Shown here piece by piece: positions 50,390 to 62,700 of a stretch of 64,000 nt of DNA. Made by a program: the position numbers and the translations under genes. Below the pieces are notes generated by a model. That model was not told where the DNA came from. It saw nothing but the letters and a program-made list of their open reading frames with translations, and ran no database searches. The DNA comes from Fistulifera solaris (lineage: Eukaryota). The stretch lies in the NCBI GenBank assembly GCA_030295235.1, contig AP026142.1, forward strand, positions 558,001-622,000, written 5' to 3'. Each line of letters starts with the position of its first letter. Positions within the stretch are counted from its first letter, which is position 1.

Positions 50390-50731
50390 GTTGATTGATT
50401 GTGTGAAAAATGTCGTTGTTTGTCACCAAAGAGGGATAAAGCTATTGCTCATCGTCTATTGACATCATCGTCCAAGAATAAAAAATGTCAAGGCAAAATG
50501 CAAACAAAAAGCAAACAAAAAACACCGCGTCCGCCCGGACGACTTGCGAACGCCCCATCAAGATCTTTATTGCGGTCTGTCCGGAGTACGGGTTTAACGA
50601 ACTCATCTGATCGCGGCAAACACTCCTTTATCAATATAACAAAAGAAATCAATCAATCAACCAACTGTGTAAAAGCATGTTGATTGCATTACTGTAAAAT
50701 TAATTACAGCAACCGCATCACAGAAAACGTC

Positions 50732-51451
50732 ATGACACGGACAGAATCTGAAGCCTTTACCGTCAACAGCGATTGGGAACTCGTATCACAAGGTGCAGAA
50801 GCCAAATTATGGAAAATACCGGCCGGATCTTTATTCGATGTACCTTGTATTGCCAAGGAACGATTTTCCAAAGCATATCGGCATCCCGCATTAGATGAAA
50901 AATTGACAAAGCAAAGATGTCGAGCCGAATCGAGGATTTTAACGAAATGTATGGAGAAGGGAATCCCCGTGCCCCGAGTGTTACGGACTGACGCACCAGT
51001 GCTGTATCTTGAATACATCGATGCTCCTACCGTTCGTGAATATCTTGAGAGTGATTTATTATTAGCACTAACAAACACTGCACAGAATGCTTCTCAACAC
51101 GACAAATTACAGCAACTTGCCCTGGCATTCGGTCAAATGGTGGCCGCATTGCACAATATGGGCATCGTACATGGCGATTTGACTACCTCCAATGCGATGA
51201 TTCGATTACCGGAAATGACCTTGGTGGCCATTGATTTTGGTTTGGCGAAAAATACGACTTCTACGGAAGAACGGGCCGTCGATTTGTATGTACTCGAACG
51301 GGCTCTTAGTTCGACGCATCCGAAACTGCCCGATGATTTTTGGACTCTTTTGTTAACGAGCTATCGAGCTGCGGCGGAGAAGGCGGAAGCGACACTGTCG
51401 CGTTTGGAACAAGTTCAAATTCGTGGACGGAAACGAGAGTGCTTTGGATAA
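50732..51451 (+). CDS. BUD32: KEOPS kinase Bud32/PRPK
   Basis: SQGAEAK, KERFSKAYRHP, HGDLTTSN, IDFGL, AVDLYVLERA and RGRKR. Confidence 0.95.
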   Translation: MTRTESEAFTVNSDWELVSQGAEAKLWKIPAGSLFDVPCIAKERFSKAYRHPALDEKLTKQRCRAESRILTKCMEKGIPVPRVLRTDAPVLYLEYIDAPTVREYLESDLLLALTNTAQNASQHDKLQQLALAFGQMVAALHNMGIVHGDLTTSNAMIRLPEMTLVAIDFGLAKNTTSTEERAVDLYVLERALSSTHPKLPDDFWTLLLTSYRAAAEKAEATLSRLEQVQIRGRKRECFG

Positions 51452-51553
51452 ACGGGACGAGTTCCATTGTTCCAGCGAGGGACGTAGAATAACGCAGTCA
51501 TTACGTATGATGTATTGTATACTTTGACAAAGAAAACGGTGGTAACACCGAGG

Positions 51554-52408
51554 CTACGGCGACTCTTGATACAAAACGGATCTTGGTGAAGAAATCGCAC
51601 ATTTTTTGGAGGCCTTGGATCCCACGTCGATGGACTTGTCGTCGTTGGAGGAAGAGTATGTTTTGTCCAACGCGTTGGTGCTGGCCAGTACTAATGATTG
51701 TAGATCTTTTCTGATTGCGTCTTCCTTGTCGCGATCAATCTCCAGAGAAGAGCGCAGTATTTGTTGTATGGAAGATAGTAACGTATGATCCACCCCCACA
51801 GTTTCTAATGCATTGATGAAAGCACAAAAAGCAGTGACATACGACGCTATTGTCATCCACTTTTCATTCGGCGTGGAATGTACGACTTGATAATCTGCGA
51901 GCTCCAAAACAATTTGTTTGTCGTCTTCCTTAGAAGGCAAAAGCTCGACAAATAAGCGTAGATAAGATCGTCCTGTTGGTGGATTCATCCGCCATTGCAA
52001 AGCAGGGAGCAACTTGTATTCCATTTCTTCAATTTGCTCGACTGTGTATTCGTATTGACACAGTTGTGCAAAGGAAGAGGGTGGAACGGAAGCATATCCA
52101 TGTACCTTGATGGCTGTGTATATGCACGTCACACACAGCAAACGAAAGGATGACAAATTTTGTGCCATGGAGGACCCGGCTGTCGTGCCTAGACATCGAT
52201 CCAAGTATGACAAGGCAATTTCAGCAATCTCTGAAGGGTACTCGAGAATCTCTAACAAGTTGAGCCACCATACTACCATGGCACTCCGATGGTCAAAATT
52301 TATTGAAGCGTGGTCGGCGGACGGAGATTTGTCATATGCCAACCGCTCTTGCATCCTCAAAACTGAAATCTGGTCGAGGATGAGTTCGTTGGATTGTATG
52401 CTCAACAT
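51554..52408 (-). CDS. Cyclin (diatom-specific type)
   Basis: HRSAMVVWW..IAEIALSYLDRCL..IYTAIKVH..MEYKLLPALQWRMNPPT. Confidence 0.88.
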   Translation of the reverse strand: MLSIQSNELILDQISVLRMQERLAYDKSPSADHASINFDHRSAMVVWWLNLLEILEYPSEIAEIALSYLDRCLGTTAGSSMAQNLSSFRLLCVTCIYTAIKVHGYASVPPSSFAQLCQYEYTVEQIEEMEYKLLPALQWRMNPPTGRSYLRLFVELLPSKEDDKQIVLELADYQVVHSTPNEKWMTIASYVTAFCAFINALETVGVDHTLLSSIQQILRSSLEIDRDKEDAIRKDLQSLVLASTNALDKTYSSSNDDKSIDVGSKASKKCAISSPRSVLYQESP

Positions 52409-53106
52409 GGTCTTTAGCTACTAATCAATCATGCGAATCGTTGAAAAATATAACAAGAATGAAGTCAACACAGGAAGACGAGGATGAAAGGTGAAAACCC
52501 GTCAGCACGTTTCCATTGGAAGCAACTTTTGCTTCCCAAGAATTTCTTTGGAATTCCCCTTCCTTCTTGTGTTGCATCATCGTACTTTCGAAACAACTCT
52601 GAAATAATCTTACGTCAATAATGACGAATGACGATGGACGACAAAAACCCAGAACACGTTTTTCGATTCAGTCATGATGCGGGACTGAGAATATATATCG
52701 AGTCGGAGACGTGTAACCTCTGCCTTACTGTAAACAACAGTAATAAACAAATACGGAGTAATGTGAATATTTGCGAAATGCAATGGACGTATTTCATTTC
52801 TTTAACATCATCAATATCATTCACACTTATACGCTTAAAAGAAACGTTAGTGCTGTCATAACGTTTAGGGTCGAAACAGTACCTCTAGGGAGTATAAGAA
52901 TTCATGGGGAACAAAAACAATGACAATCATCTTTTCCGGGACTGCAAATCAGGTGGGTCGTGAGAATAGGATCATCTCGCAAATATAATTATATTCGCAA
53001 ATAGAGGTGCGCTCGTCGCGTTGTTGGAATGCAATCATCAATCGCGAGAGACTAAAAAAGCAATCACAACTCAATTTGCGCGCCTTTCACTCCCAACAAG
53101 CACAAA

Positions 53107-54901
53107 ATGATCGTTGCAAAGAGAAAGATCTTCCCAAAACTGTACTTGTGCTGCGCAGCAATCTACATCCGTGTTGCCGCTGCATTCGCTCCTTCGGTTC
53201 GTTCTCTTCCCCGAATTATTACCCCTGCTGCCACGCGGCACATGGTAAAATACGAAGATCTCATGGAAAAGCTACCGTCCGACACTGTGGTCGATGTAGT
53301 CGATGCAATGTCAGAGAAGCGCGTCGTAGCATCAGACGTGGCTGCCCGAGCCGGTGTATCACTTTCCCAAGCAAGAAAGGATCTAGTAGCGTTGGCATCT
53401 TTATCGCAGGGAGACATTGCCGTAGATAAAGACGGAGAACTCATTTACCAATTTCCACCGAATCTCAAGGCAACGTTAGCCAGCAACTCGGCCAAATACA
53501 AAGCCATGGCGACGCTACGCAAGGCCTGGCCGAGTATATTCTGGTTTCTGCGGGCTTCCTTCGGAGTTACTCTATTGGCTTCAGTATTTGCTATTTTCAG
53601 CACTATCTTTTTCTTGCAAAGTAGTAACAGTCGCAGTGATGATGACCGTGATGACCGAAGAGGCGGTTCGATGAGCTTTGGGGGCTCGTATATGTGGGGT
53701 CCCAGTCCGTTTGACTTCTTATATTGGAATCGTCCTTATGGATACTATGCCAATCCTTATCAAAGGCCCGATGAAATGGGATTCCTGCCATCGGTATTTA
53801 GCTACGTCTTTGGAGACGGTAACCCCAACGAAAAAATCGAAGAAAAGCGACTCGCGTTGGCCGCCAACATGATTCGAGCGAACAATGGGGCCGTCACGGC
53901 GGAACAACTGGCTCCCTTTTGTGATGATTCCCCCGATCCATCTGAATACATGAAAGCCACCTATGTGGATGAGGTACGTCCAGTGGTTACTAATCATCGC
54001 TGTTTGTTTCAATTTCTAGTGACTCATACCTTCTTCTATTATACAGGGCTTCGTACTTCCGATCGTAACAGCGCTGGGTGGCGAAGCACAAGTCACCGAC
54101 GACGGCGAAATCGTTTACACATTTCCGGAACTGCAGACTTCTGCCACCAAAGTCTCGGAAATGACATCTATGGTTAATTTAGAAAAATTAGAAGAATCGT
54201 TAGTGTTGCAGCGCGCCGGTTTGCCATCGGGTGCCACACCCCGTCAAATTCAAAGCTTTTTGAATTGGAATGGCTTTTCCACAGCAGGTGCAATTGAACG
54301 AACCGATTTAATCCGAATTTTACGTCAGGCGTTGCCTCCGCCGTCCGAATCGGAGAAAGGCTTGTTGGAAGATGCCGCTGCGGACAGTCAAACGGATGTG
54401 TTGACAGAACGTCGATTGAAATTCAGTGTTGCTACGGACGTGAACAAATTTCTCGCCGGAGGACTGGGTGTGGTCAACCTGGGAGGCGCTCTCTACCTGG
54501 GAAACTTGTTAGGACAGTATGCGCTGTATGGCGTCCAATTGCCTTCTTATATGGGAGTTGTGCAATCCTTTTATCCTCTGTTGCTCTTGTACGCTGTTTT
54601 ATTTAATGTGATTCCGCTGGTGAGGAATATATACAATCAACAAGAAAATGCGAAAATTGAGAAGCGAAACGGGGTTCGTCGGAAATGGAGAGACGCGTTA
54701 AAGAATAATTCTTTCACAAGCAAGTTAAAGGCTGCCACCAAAATGGGTACGCGCTTGAAACAATTAGGTGCCAACCCTGACGAAATTGTGTTTGATACAA
54801 GGAAGCCCATTGAAGAAATCAAAGAACGAAAGATAGAGTTAGAACTCAAGGAATTTGACAAGTTGTTGCAAGAAGACGAATCGAAAGATAGTTTTCAATG
54901 A
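53107..54901 (+). CDS. Plastid protein resembling Arabidopsis At5g03900 and its cyanobacterial homologues
   Basis: AAAFAP presequence; VASDVAARAG..DGELIYQFP; SVFSYVFGDGNPN; intron 53974-54046 gives DE|GFVLPIV..DGEIVYTFPELQ. Confidence 0.8.
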
Positions 54902-54980
54902 AACGCGTCGGTGGTTCAAAAAACGCTATTAGATCAAGTTTGAAGGAAACCATTAACATATAACCTTGTACATTTTACAT

Positions 54981-56021
54981 TTACTGCTTTCGGATCTCAG
55001 CAATCTCCTTGTCGGTGAGAGTATGGCGCATGACACGAGAGAAAGCAGATATGTTGGGATCTGTGATGTAGTTGTATAACACCATAACCCACGATTCACA
55101 TTTCGGTAGGGGATCGTAAAACTCGGCAGCAATACGCCTTAGTTCAGGTAGACGAGAACCCGGAATATTGGGAAAGTCGTGATGTTCGTTATGGTATCCA
55201 ACATTAAAGCCAAAAATGTTCAAAGGACCGTAATAAGAGTACGTCTCAGCACCCTTGGCGAAAACATAGTGCTCGGCAATGAAATGCCCTGCCACCGGAT
55301 GAAGTCCAGCGCCCAAGTATGTGCTTAATATCAAGTAAAACATGGCCCAAGGTCCGAGTGTGCAGAGAATGGCGGCATCGAAAGCGATGCAACACACCGC
55401 GTTGATAAACTCCCATTTACCAGGTTTCTTGGGGTTGACGAAGAGAGGGCGCAAAGCATAAAAGAAGATCTGGTTCATGACAAACAGGAATTTCATGAAT
55501 GTACTTTGAAAAATACGACCTTCCGCTGGTGTTGGAATGTCGACATCCACTCCAACTTCACCCTGATACTTGTGATGCTCTAAGTGATAGCGTTTGAATG
55601 AAATGGCCGAGGGAATTCCGATCGGCAAGTTGGCGAAAAGAGAGAAGATGCGGTTGTGAATCATCTTCTTGAAACCTAGGTTGTGCGAAAGCTCGTGCAT
55701 CGCCAACATGAGCATGTGATTGCAAGTACCGCCGACCGCATAGGCTCCGAGAACAAACACCCAACCGCTGCAAAAACGCATATAATACGCCATGCCAATC
55801 TGAATGGACACGAGCAATGTCACAACATACTTGAAGTTGGGGTCATGACCGAATAATTCCTTGACTTGCGGATATTTGGCCAAAATTTCTTTGCGACGAG
55901 TCGCGTGCGGTTCTTCCGTGTAACTCCAGAAAAAGTCGTCTTTGCCGGGTTGACCTTTGCCATTGTTTTCGCTGCTCTTGGAGAGCTGCTTGATTTGAGG
56001 TGCTGAATCTGACTTGCACAT
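54981..56021 (-). CDS. DEGS: Sphingolipid delta-4 desaturase
   Basis: EPHATRRKEIL; His boxes HELSH, HLEHH and HNEHH; LHPVAGHFIAEHY. Confidence 0.95.
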   Translation of the reverse strand: MCKSDSAPQIKQLSKSSENNGKGQPGKDDFFWSYTEEPHATRRKEILAKYPQVKELFGHDPNFKYVVTLLVSIQIGMAYYMRFCSGWVFVLGAYAVGGTCNHMLMLAMHELSHNLGFKKMIHNRIFSLFANLPIGIPSAISFKRYHLEHHKYQGEVGVDVDIPTPAEGRIFQSTFMKFLFVMNQIFFYALRPLFVNPKKPGKWEFINAVCCIAFDAAILCTLGPWAMFYLILSTYLGAGLHPVAGHFIAEHYVFAKGAETYSYYGPLNIFGFNVGYHNEHHDFPNIPGSRLPELRRIAAEFYDPLPKCESWVMVLYNYITDPNISAFSRVMRHTLTDKEIAEIRKQ

Positions 56022-56659
56022 GGTGAAGTAGTTATGTCGAGTCTTGTAATGCGGTTCGTTTCGTTATTAAGCCTCGGTGACGAGGAGACTGGGGGTCCGA
56101 TGTTGTGCTGCCAGAGCGACCACTCTCCTCGAGCATTCCATCGCGCTTTTATGGTTCCGTCGGTCTGACGAAGTTTTCTGCAAGGTGAAACGAAAGACGT
56201 TGGACCTGCGTGCGCTTCGCATTTATCGTGTTTGTTTCCGAACCTTGCGCGCGGGCCAGCTCTCAACGACTATTTTGTTCAGACTAGAACGGCAATGTTA
56301 AACGAATCGGATACAACTGTCTAAGTAAAAAACCGAAGGCTTGTCACAAAAAATGCGAAGTTTTTAGTCGAGCATTTTGTACTTTACCGTTTAGTGTGAT
56401 GAGTCGCAAGACGTGCGAGACACATGACTCCTCCTCTTTCGCCAACTTCAAATTTGATAGTTCAGTAGACTTGAGTCACTAACACTTGCCCTATCTAATT
56501 GTTTTATGACTGTAGATGACAAAGTGGCCAAACAAGAAAGGACGAAAGACTTTTTCTCCTCCTTTTTCTTCACCACAAGAACACTTTTGTCGTTGTTGAT
56601 GTCATTCATCAGGACTAAGAGTGATAGCTGGCTTGTAATCCCCTCCTTAACCGATAAAA

Positions 56660-57627
56660 ATGGATGCGAATGACGATCCTTATGATATATTGGGCTTGAG
56701 CCGGGATGCGAGTGACGCTGATATCAAGAAAGCGTACCGCAAACTTGCACTCAAAAATCACCCCGACAAGCAACCAACACCCGAAGAGCGTGAAAAAGCG
56801 AATGCTATCTTCGCCAAGATATCAAATGCTTACCAGATTCTAACGGATAGTGAATTGCGTAAAAAGTATGAATATCAAAAGAAGAAAGATGATTTCACCG
56901 CTCAGTCACCAAGACGATCGCGCACCAGACATTACACGGTTCCTCGCGAGGAAGCCAGTGGTATGAGTGCGCCATTCTCTCCCACTTTCACATCTAGTAA
57001 GACAACAATGAAAAATGATGGAACTAAATCAACTTTCCAATCCACCACAACCAACGAAGACGGATCCACAATTTCGTTTTCGTTCTCGTCCGATAAGTTT
57101 AATCCAGACTTCGAAGATCCCTTTGAGATGTTCCGAAAAATGTATCGGGAAGAATATGGTAAAGATTTCGAGTCAACTACTGGATCGGTCAATATTTCTC
57201 CCAGCAGTAAAACCCGTATCGTACAGCAAAGGGCACATTCACCTCGCCGACAGGTGGCAAGGGCAAGCTGTCGATTCCTCAATGCCCCAAGAGTAGCACG
57301 AAATCTCCTGCTCGATCATCCCTCACGCCGAAAACTGTTTCCAGGAAGAAATCGAGTCCTCTGACGATCCCGCCTCCCCCTGGACGACGAGGAAACCCCT
57401 ACGTATCCATGTCATCCAGTACGAAGCAGATCCAGCATTCCGACGGACGTGTAGAAACGATAACGGAAATCACCAAAACGTTTGCGGACGGGACTGTATC
57501 GACGCAGCGCAAATCATCGACATCAGCTGCTACGACTGGTTCGTACAAAACTACGTCGTCGAGTCCGATTCGAATGTCGCCGAGACAAGTCCCGATGGCT
57601 ATCAAGACATTAGCCGGAAGTTCGTAA
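56660..57627 (+). CDS. DnaJ-domain protein, frameshifted C-terminus
   Basis: DPYDILG..IKKAYRKLALKNHPDK; FEDPFEMF; tail in ORF 57409..57627. Confidence 0.85.
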
Positions 57628-58400
57628 AGCGACATTCGTTGGTAAATAAATTAGAGCATGCGTCGTAACCTTGCATTGTGGGTACAAGATACTTTGTGTT
57701 GGTGGAGGTAATCCCTGTTTTTGATAAACACGATCCCACAGCGTCTAAGTGGTACCAGTAAAGACTTTCAATGCATGACATCATCCCTCGTCTACCGTTG
57801 TTTCGTCTAAACAACGTCATTTAGTGTTTGTTCGTAACGCTGGGACTAACGGGCAACAGGTTGAAATGGTGTAAGTGGACCATAGGTCCATAAGCGTAAT
57901 ACGTGGTAACTTTAAGTTTACTTGAATGTGAGGTAAGAGAGTATCAGGGTTCCCCTCTGTTGATAAATTTCTCAACGAGAGCTACGTGAAATGCACGTAG
58001 AAAATAGCTACATTGCATTCGTTGTCCTCCTTCATGTTTGTGTTCCAATCAATGTCGATTCATGCTTATGGTCTCAATAAAGGCATGTTGAGGATTCTTT
58101 CGATGAAAGTGGTCGCTGCCGGGCCCGAGAATGGTAAGGACGAAGTCGATCAATTCAATGTACTACCTACATCGATAAAATTTCTACGGGGCCTACGTGA
58201 TTATCAGGTAGACTTTCGATGCATTGTATCTTCGTTCCTTTCTACGTTTTTATTTCAAGATGATCGTGTAAGACGTTAATAAGTGCAAATTAAGGACGTT
58301 TGAAAAATGTTTTGTGGCGTTGCAGTCAAGCTGACCCGAAAATTGGATGATGTCGAATAATATAATATCCGGGTATCCCTCACTGTAAGCGTACCTGGAA

Positions 58401-58997
58401 CAGAATATCTGGGTTGGTCCAGAAATTTTGGACTTTGTATTTTTTCATTCATACAGAATATCTGGGGCGGTCCAGAAATTCTGGACCAGTTGTATTTTCA
58501 TTCATACAGATGTGGGATGTGGGGCGGTATAGATATTCTGGACCAGTTGTATTTTCATTCATACAGATGTGGGATGTGGGGCGGTATAGATATTCTGGAC
58601 CAGTTGTATTTTTTCATTCATACAGAATATCTGGGTTGGTCCAGAAATCCTGGACCAGTTGTGTTTTTTCAATCATACAGAAAATCTGTGTTGGTCCAGA
58701 AATTCTGTACCAGTAGTATTTTCTTTCATACAGACTACCAGGTACCGTACCAGGTACCTAGGGCGGTCCAGAAATTCTGGACCAGTTGATTTTCATCCAT
58801 ACAGAATATCTGGTTTGGTGTTTGGTCCAGAAATTCTGGACCAGTTTTAAGTTGTTCATACAGAACATCTGGGCCGGTCCAGACATTCTGGTTGTATGTT
58901 ACTCCCTAATTCTTAATTCATACAAAAGCTCTGGGTTGGTCCAGAAGTTCTGGACCCGCTGTATTTTCATTCGTACTCCGTACAAAAAATCTGGGTT
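58401..58997. repeat. Tandem array of about 10 palindromic units of roughly 52-72 bp
   Basis: Unit approximates cagaatatctgggtt-ggtccagaaattctggacc-agttgtattttcattcata; includes two identical adjacent 57-bp copies. Confidence 0.9.
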
Positions 58998-59000
58998 CAA

Positions 59001-59719
59001 TGTTCGATCCTGATGAGACCAGAGACCATCGAGTACGTGCTACATACTCCATACACCGTACACACAACATTCAGCACACAGCGCTTCGTCGCTACCATAT
59101 GGCACAGAACAGCGAGGGGGTAAATAAAAAGATTGCGGGATTAAGAAAATGAATGCACAAAAATGCAAGCCAATGGAAAAAGGAACAGAGATCTTTTTGA
59201 CAAATTGTGTTTAGTTTTGGATCGTGAGCATTCGGGACTTCTAGTGTGGACGGAGTGTAGTCACTGTCTGAATGATAGTGAGTTTGTGGATCCGGTACTC
59301 CAGGTATCTTTTGGAGTTTGCTTCCGCCCACGTCATCGGAAGTTTGGGTACAAATACAAGTTCTTCTCTTGACACGTCGCAGAGGTGTGTGTAGTGTGTG
59401 GTATATTGTTCTACGTGACGTACAAAGTGGTACGAGAGCTAGGGAAGTTATGTTAAAGTCTACGGCGGCTTAGTACTTGGTAAATGGCGACGTCGACAAA
59501 ATCAGGTTCAAGTTCACAAGATCTTGACTTCATTTTACCTTCGTTTTTGCAGTCTCACATGAATAACAATAGTGAATTTGGTTTGCCTCGACTTTCCTTG
59601 TTCGCTTTATTCTATCGCATCCTGTCTCCTGAAGACAAGCTTTCTTTCGTTCGCTTCCTGTTTTGAAGATTCGTTTGGGGTGAGCTATCTGTGCGCTCCC
59701 GGAATTTGTCAGATTAACA
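59001..59719 (+). repeat. Putative 5' LTR of the copia element
   Basis: Starts TGTTCGATCCTGA and ends TCAGATTAACA (imperfect inverted termini TGTT..AACA), 40 nt before the gag ATG; the 3' LTR is outside the window. Confidence 0.45.
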
Positions 59720-62700
59720 GTCGCAGTTTCGCTTTCAAGTTTTCGCTTTCGGCTTCGCCATGATTCTCTCTCGGGCTCAATCGCGTGCCGCCTTTGACCA
59801 CGTGATGGACAATGTCCTCGGTCGTGGTGATGACTCTGCTCTCAAACGAGCGTTGGTGTCCACCGGATACGTGGACATCTACTTGCTTCTCGAGTTGCGC
59901 CCTTTGGACATCGGAGGTCTTGAGTTCCGTGACGATACAGGGGAAACCATGCACGTCACCCGTGGTGATAAGACCTTGGTCTATGCATTTCTCGAGTATG
60001 TGGCTCATCGTGGCCGCTCTGGTGACCATATTGAAGATTGGTTGACGGTCACCGAAGACGATTTCAACGAGTTCCGCCTCAGTCCTGAACGGGTGTTCGA
60101 TCGTAGCAATCCCGAGGTTCCCGTTGTCCCCGTCCCCCCACCTGTTGCACCTCGTGCGCCAGGAATGTCCCTCGCAGCTCTTTTCAAGCGAGGAATCAAA
60201 CGTGATCCTTCCCTCTTCCCTACTCTCAAGGACGAGAGTTACAACGACGCCTGGCATCGTTCTTTTGTCAATCAGGCCCGTGCTCAGGATGTCGAGGAGG
60301 TGCTTAATGAGGATTATGTCCCTACTACTGAGGAAGAAAAGGAGTTGTTCGATGAAAAGCAGAAGTTCCTCTACGCAGTTTTGGAAAGTAAGGTGCTTAC
60401 TGACCAAGGAAAAGCCCTTATTCGTGACTACGAAGATACCTACGATGCTCAGAAGGTCTATGCGGCGTTGAAGCGTCATCATCTACAGTCTACAAAGGCT
60501 CAGATGACTTCTGCAACTATTCTTTCTTACATTACTTCAGTTCGTTATGGAGAAGGTCATCGTGGTGGTACTGCTGCAGGCTTCGTGCATGATTGGATTG
60601 ATCAAGTCCGTCAGTACGAGCGAATGTCCGGTGACCCCTTCCCCGATAAACACAAGAGAATTCTACTTGAGAATGCGGTCAGTACTGTTGCCGAATTTCG
60701 TCAAGTCAAGACTAGTGCCGATTTGGAATTAACCAAGACTGGCAAAGACCTGACTTTCGATCAGTACTGCTCTCTGTTGATTTCGCGTTGTGTTGCAGTC
60801 GATGAACAGGCCAAACGCAAATCTCGTAACAGTTCCGTTAACTTCCATGATACCATGGCCTTCGGTTCGTTGAATGAGTTTGGTACTGAGGAGTTAGACC
60901 TTTCTGGATATGCCCTGGATTCCGGCGTTCCTACTTCTGATTGGCAGATTAATGCTACCAGTACTGAGAGACGTTCTGTTGGGTTCCGTGGTTCCCCTTC
61001 ACCTGGTTCTGCTCCTATGACGCGTATGCCGCGCGACCGTTGGTTTCAGCTGAGTGTTGACGCGCGCCAAATTTGGGATACTTTGGCTGATCGTGACAAG
61101 GCCGTCATCCTTGGATTGCTTACTATTCCCGGACGTGATGTCAGCGCTGGACCTAACCGTGACTCGAATCCGACGTCACAGTCTGGTCGTCCGTCCAACC
61201 TCCGTCGTTCGGTTCACTTCCATGACTTTGACCCTAATGCATCTCAGGATACTCTCACTTCGGAACCTACTGAAGAGTTCCATGATGCAGCTCAAGAACC
61301 TACTAAGCCTGATGGCGAATCTACCGTGCTTGTGAACTCCGCTCGCTCTAGTTCTACAATGGCTCCACCACGATATACGTCGCCTTCTCTCGCGTTCTTC
61401 CCAGAGCAACACAAGTCGCCAAGTCAACACTTTGATAATTTATCGCGTGTCCCTTCAACACGTGTCTCATGTAGATTCCCTACTTGATCGTGGTGCTAAC
61501 GGTGGGGTTGCCGGATGTGACGTCCGAGTCATCCACAAGGACTTTCCCCATCGGCGTGTCAACATCCAAGGTATCGACAACCATCAGATGACTGATCTTG
61601 AAATTGGTACTGTTGGGGGCGTGAATGCGACGCAAAACGGACCGGTCATAGCCGTTTTCAACCAGTACGGCGTTATATGGAAAAGGCCCTACCATTCACG
61701 CTTCTGGACAGTTGGAGCACTTCAAGAACCTCGTTGACGACAAGTCTATCCACGGTAGTCAATGCATCGTGACTCTTGATGGGTATGTGGTGCCTCTTAA
61801 GGTTCAACAGGGACTCGCTTCGCCTTCCTATTCGTCCATTTACTGACGAAGAATGGCGTTCTCTACCTCACGTCATTATGACGAGCAATCTTGACTGGGA
61901 CCCTCTGTACTTGATCATGCAAATGATCAAGCTGATTGGTTCGATCGCATCAGCGATACACTAGAGTTGGAAGATCCCCGTCCACTCTTTGATGCATTCG
62001 GTGACTATCATCACGGAGATAGTATAGACATTGAAGATCGCTTTGTCTTTACCCGATTGACTTCTCCTACGCCTTTTCTGGCTACTGACAATATCATTGA
62101 AGTACGCCGGCGAACCTAACGGTATTGACCTCGCTGCTTTTCAGGCCATTGCCCGTCACTACGAGGTCTTTAACAACGAACTTCGGCATACGATAACGGT
62201 GATGATGTTGACGACGTGGCTGATACTCCCAGACCAGTTCTACCAGTCACGCCACGCGTACTATCCAGCGTCAAGACCCAGATCTAGGCCGACTTCGCCC
62301 TTACTTCGGTTGGATTTCCCATGACTTAATCAAGAAGACGCTTGAAAATACCACCCAGTATGGCCGCCTCCCACTTCCTGGAAGCACCCTCCTCAAGCGC
62401 CTTCAAGTCATCAAATCCTGCTTTGAATGTTCATCGCCCGTTCTGAAGGCGTCGGCGTGTGATATTGTCTACGCCAACACCCGGCTGTTGACAATGGGTC
62501 CACGTCTGCAGTCATTTTTGTTGGTCATGATACCATGGTTACAGATGTTTATGGTATCAAAACCGATAGCCAATTCCTCCGGACCTTAGAAGACAATATT
62601 CGGCGAACGGGGGAGCCCCTACTCGTCTCCTTAGTGACAGCGCCCAAGTTCTCATCAGCAACGCGGTTCAAGATGTTCTTCGTACTTTTTGCATCGGGAG

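Noticed and set aside
58401..58997. CRISPR-like array
   Set aside because: Sequences between the palindromes are homologous to each other rather than unique spacers, there are no cas genes, and the context is eukaryotic
59709..60482. 257-aa antisense ORF over gag
   Set aside because: No recognisable motifs; an expected shadow ORF of a coding strand
61340..61480. Programmed gag-pol frameshift
   Set aside because: One of many frame breaks in the element, no clear slippery heptamer, and copia gag-pol is usually a single ORF
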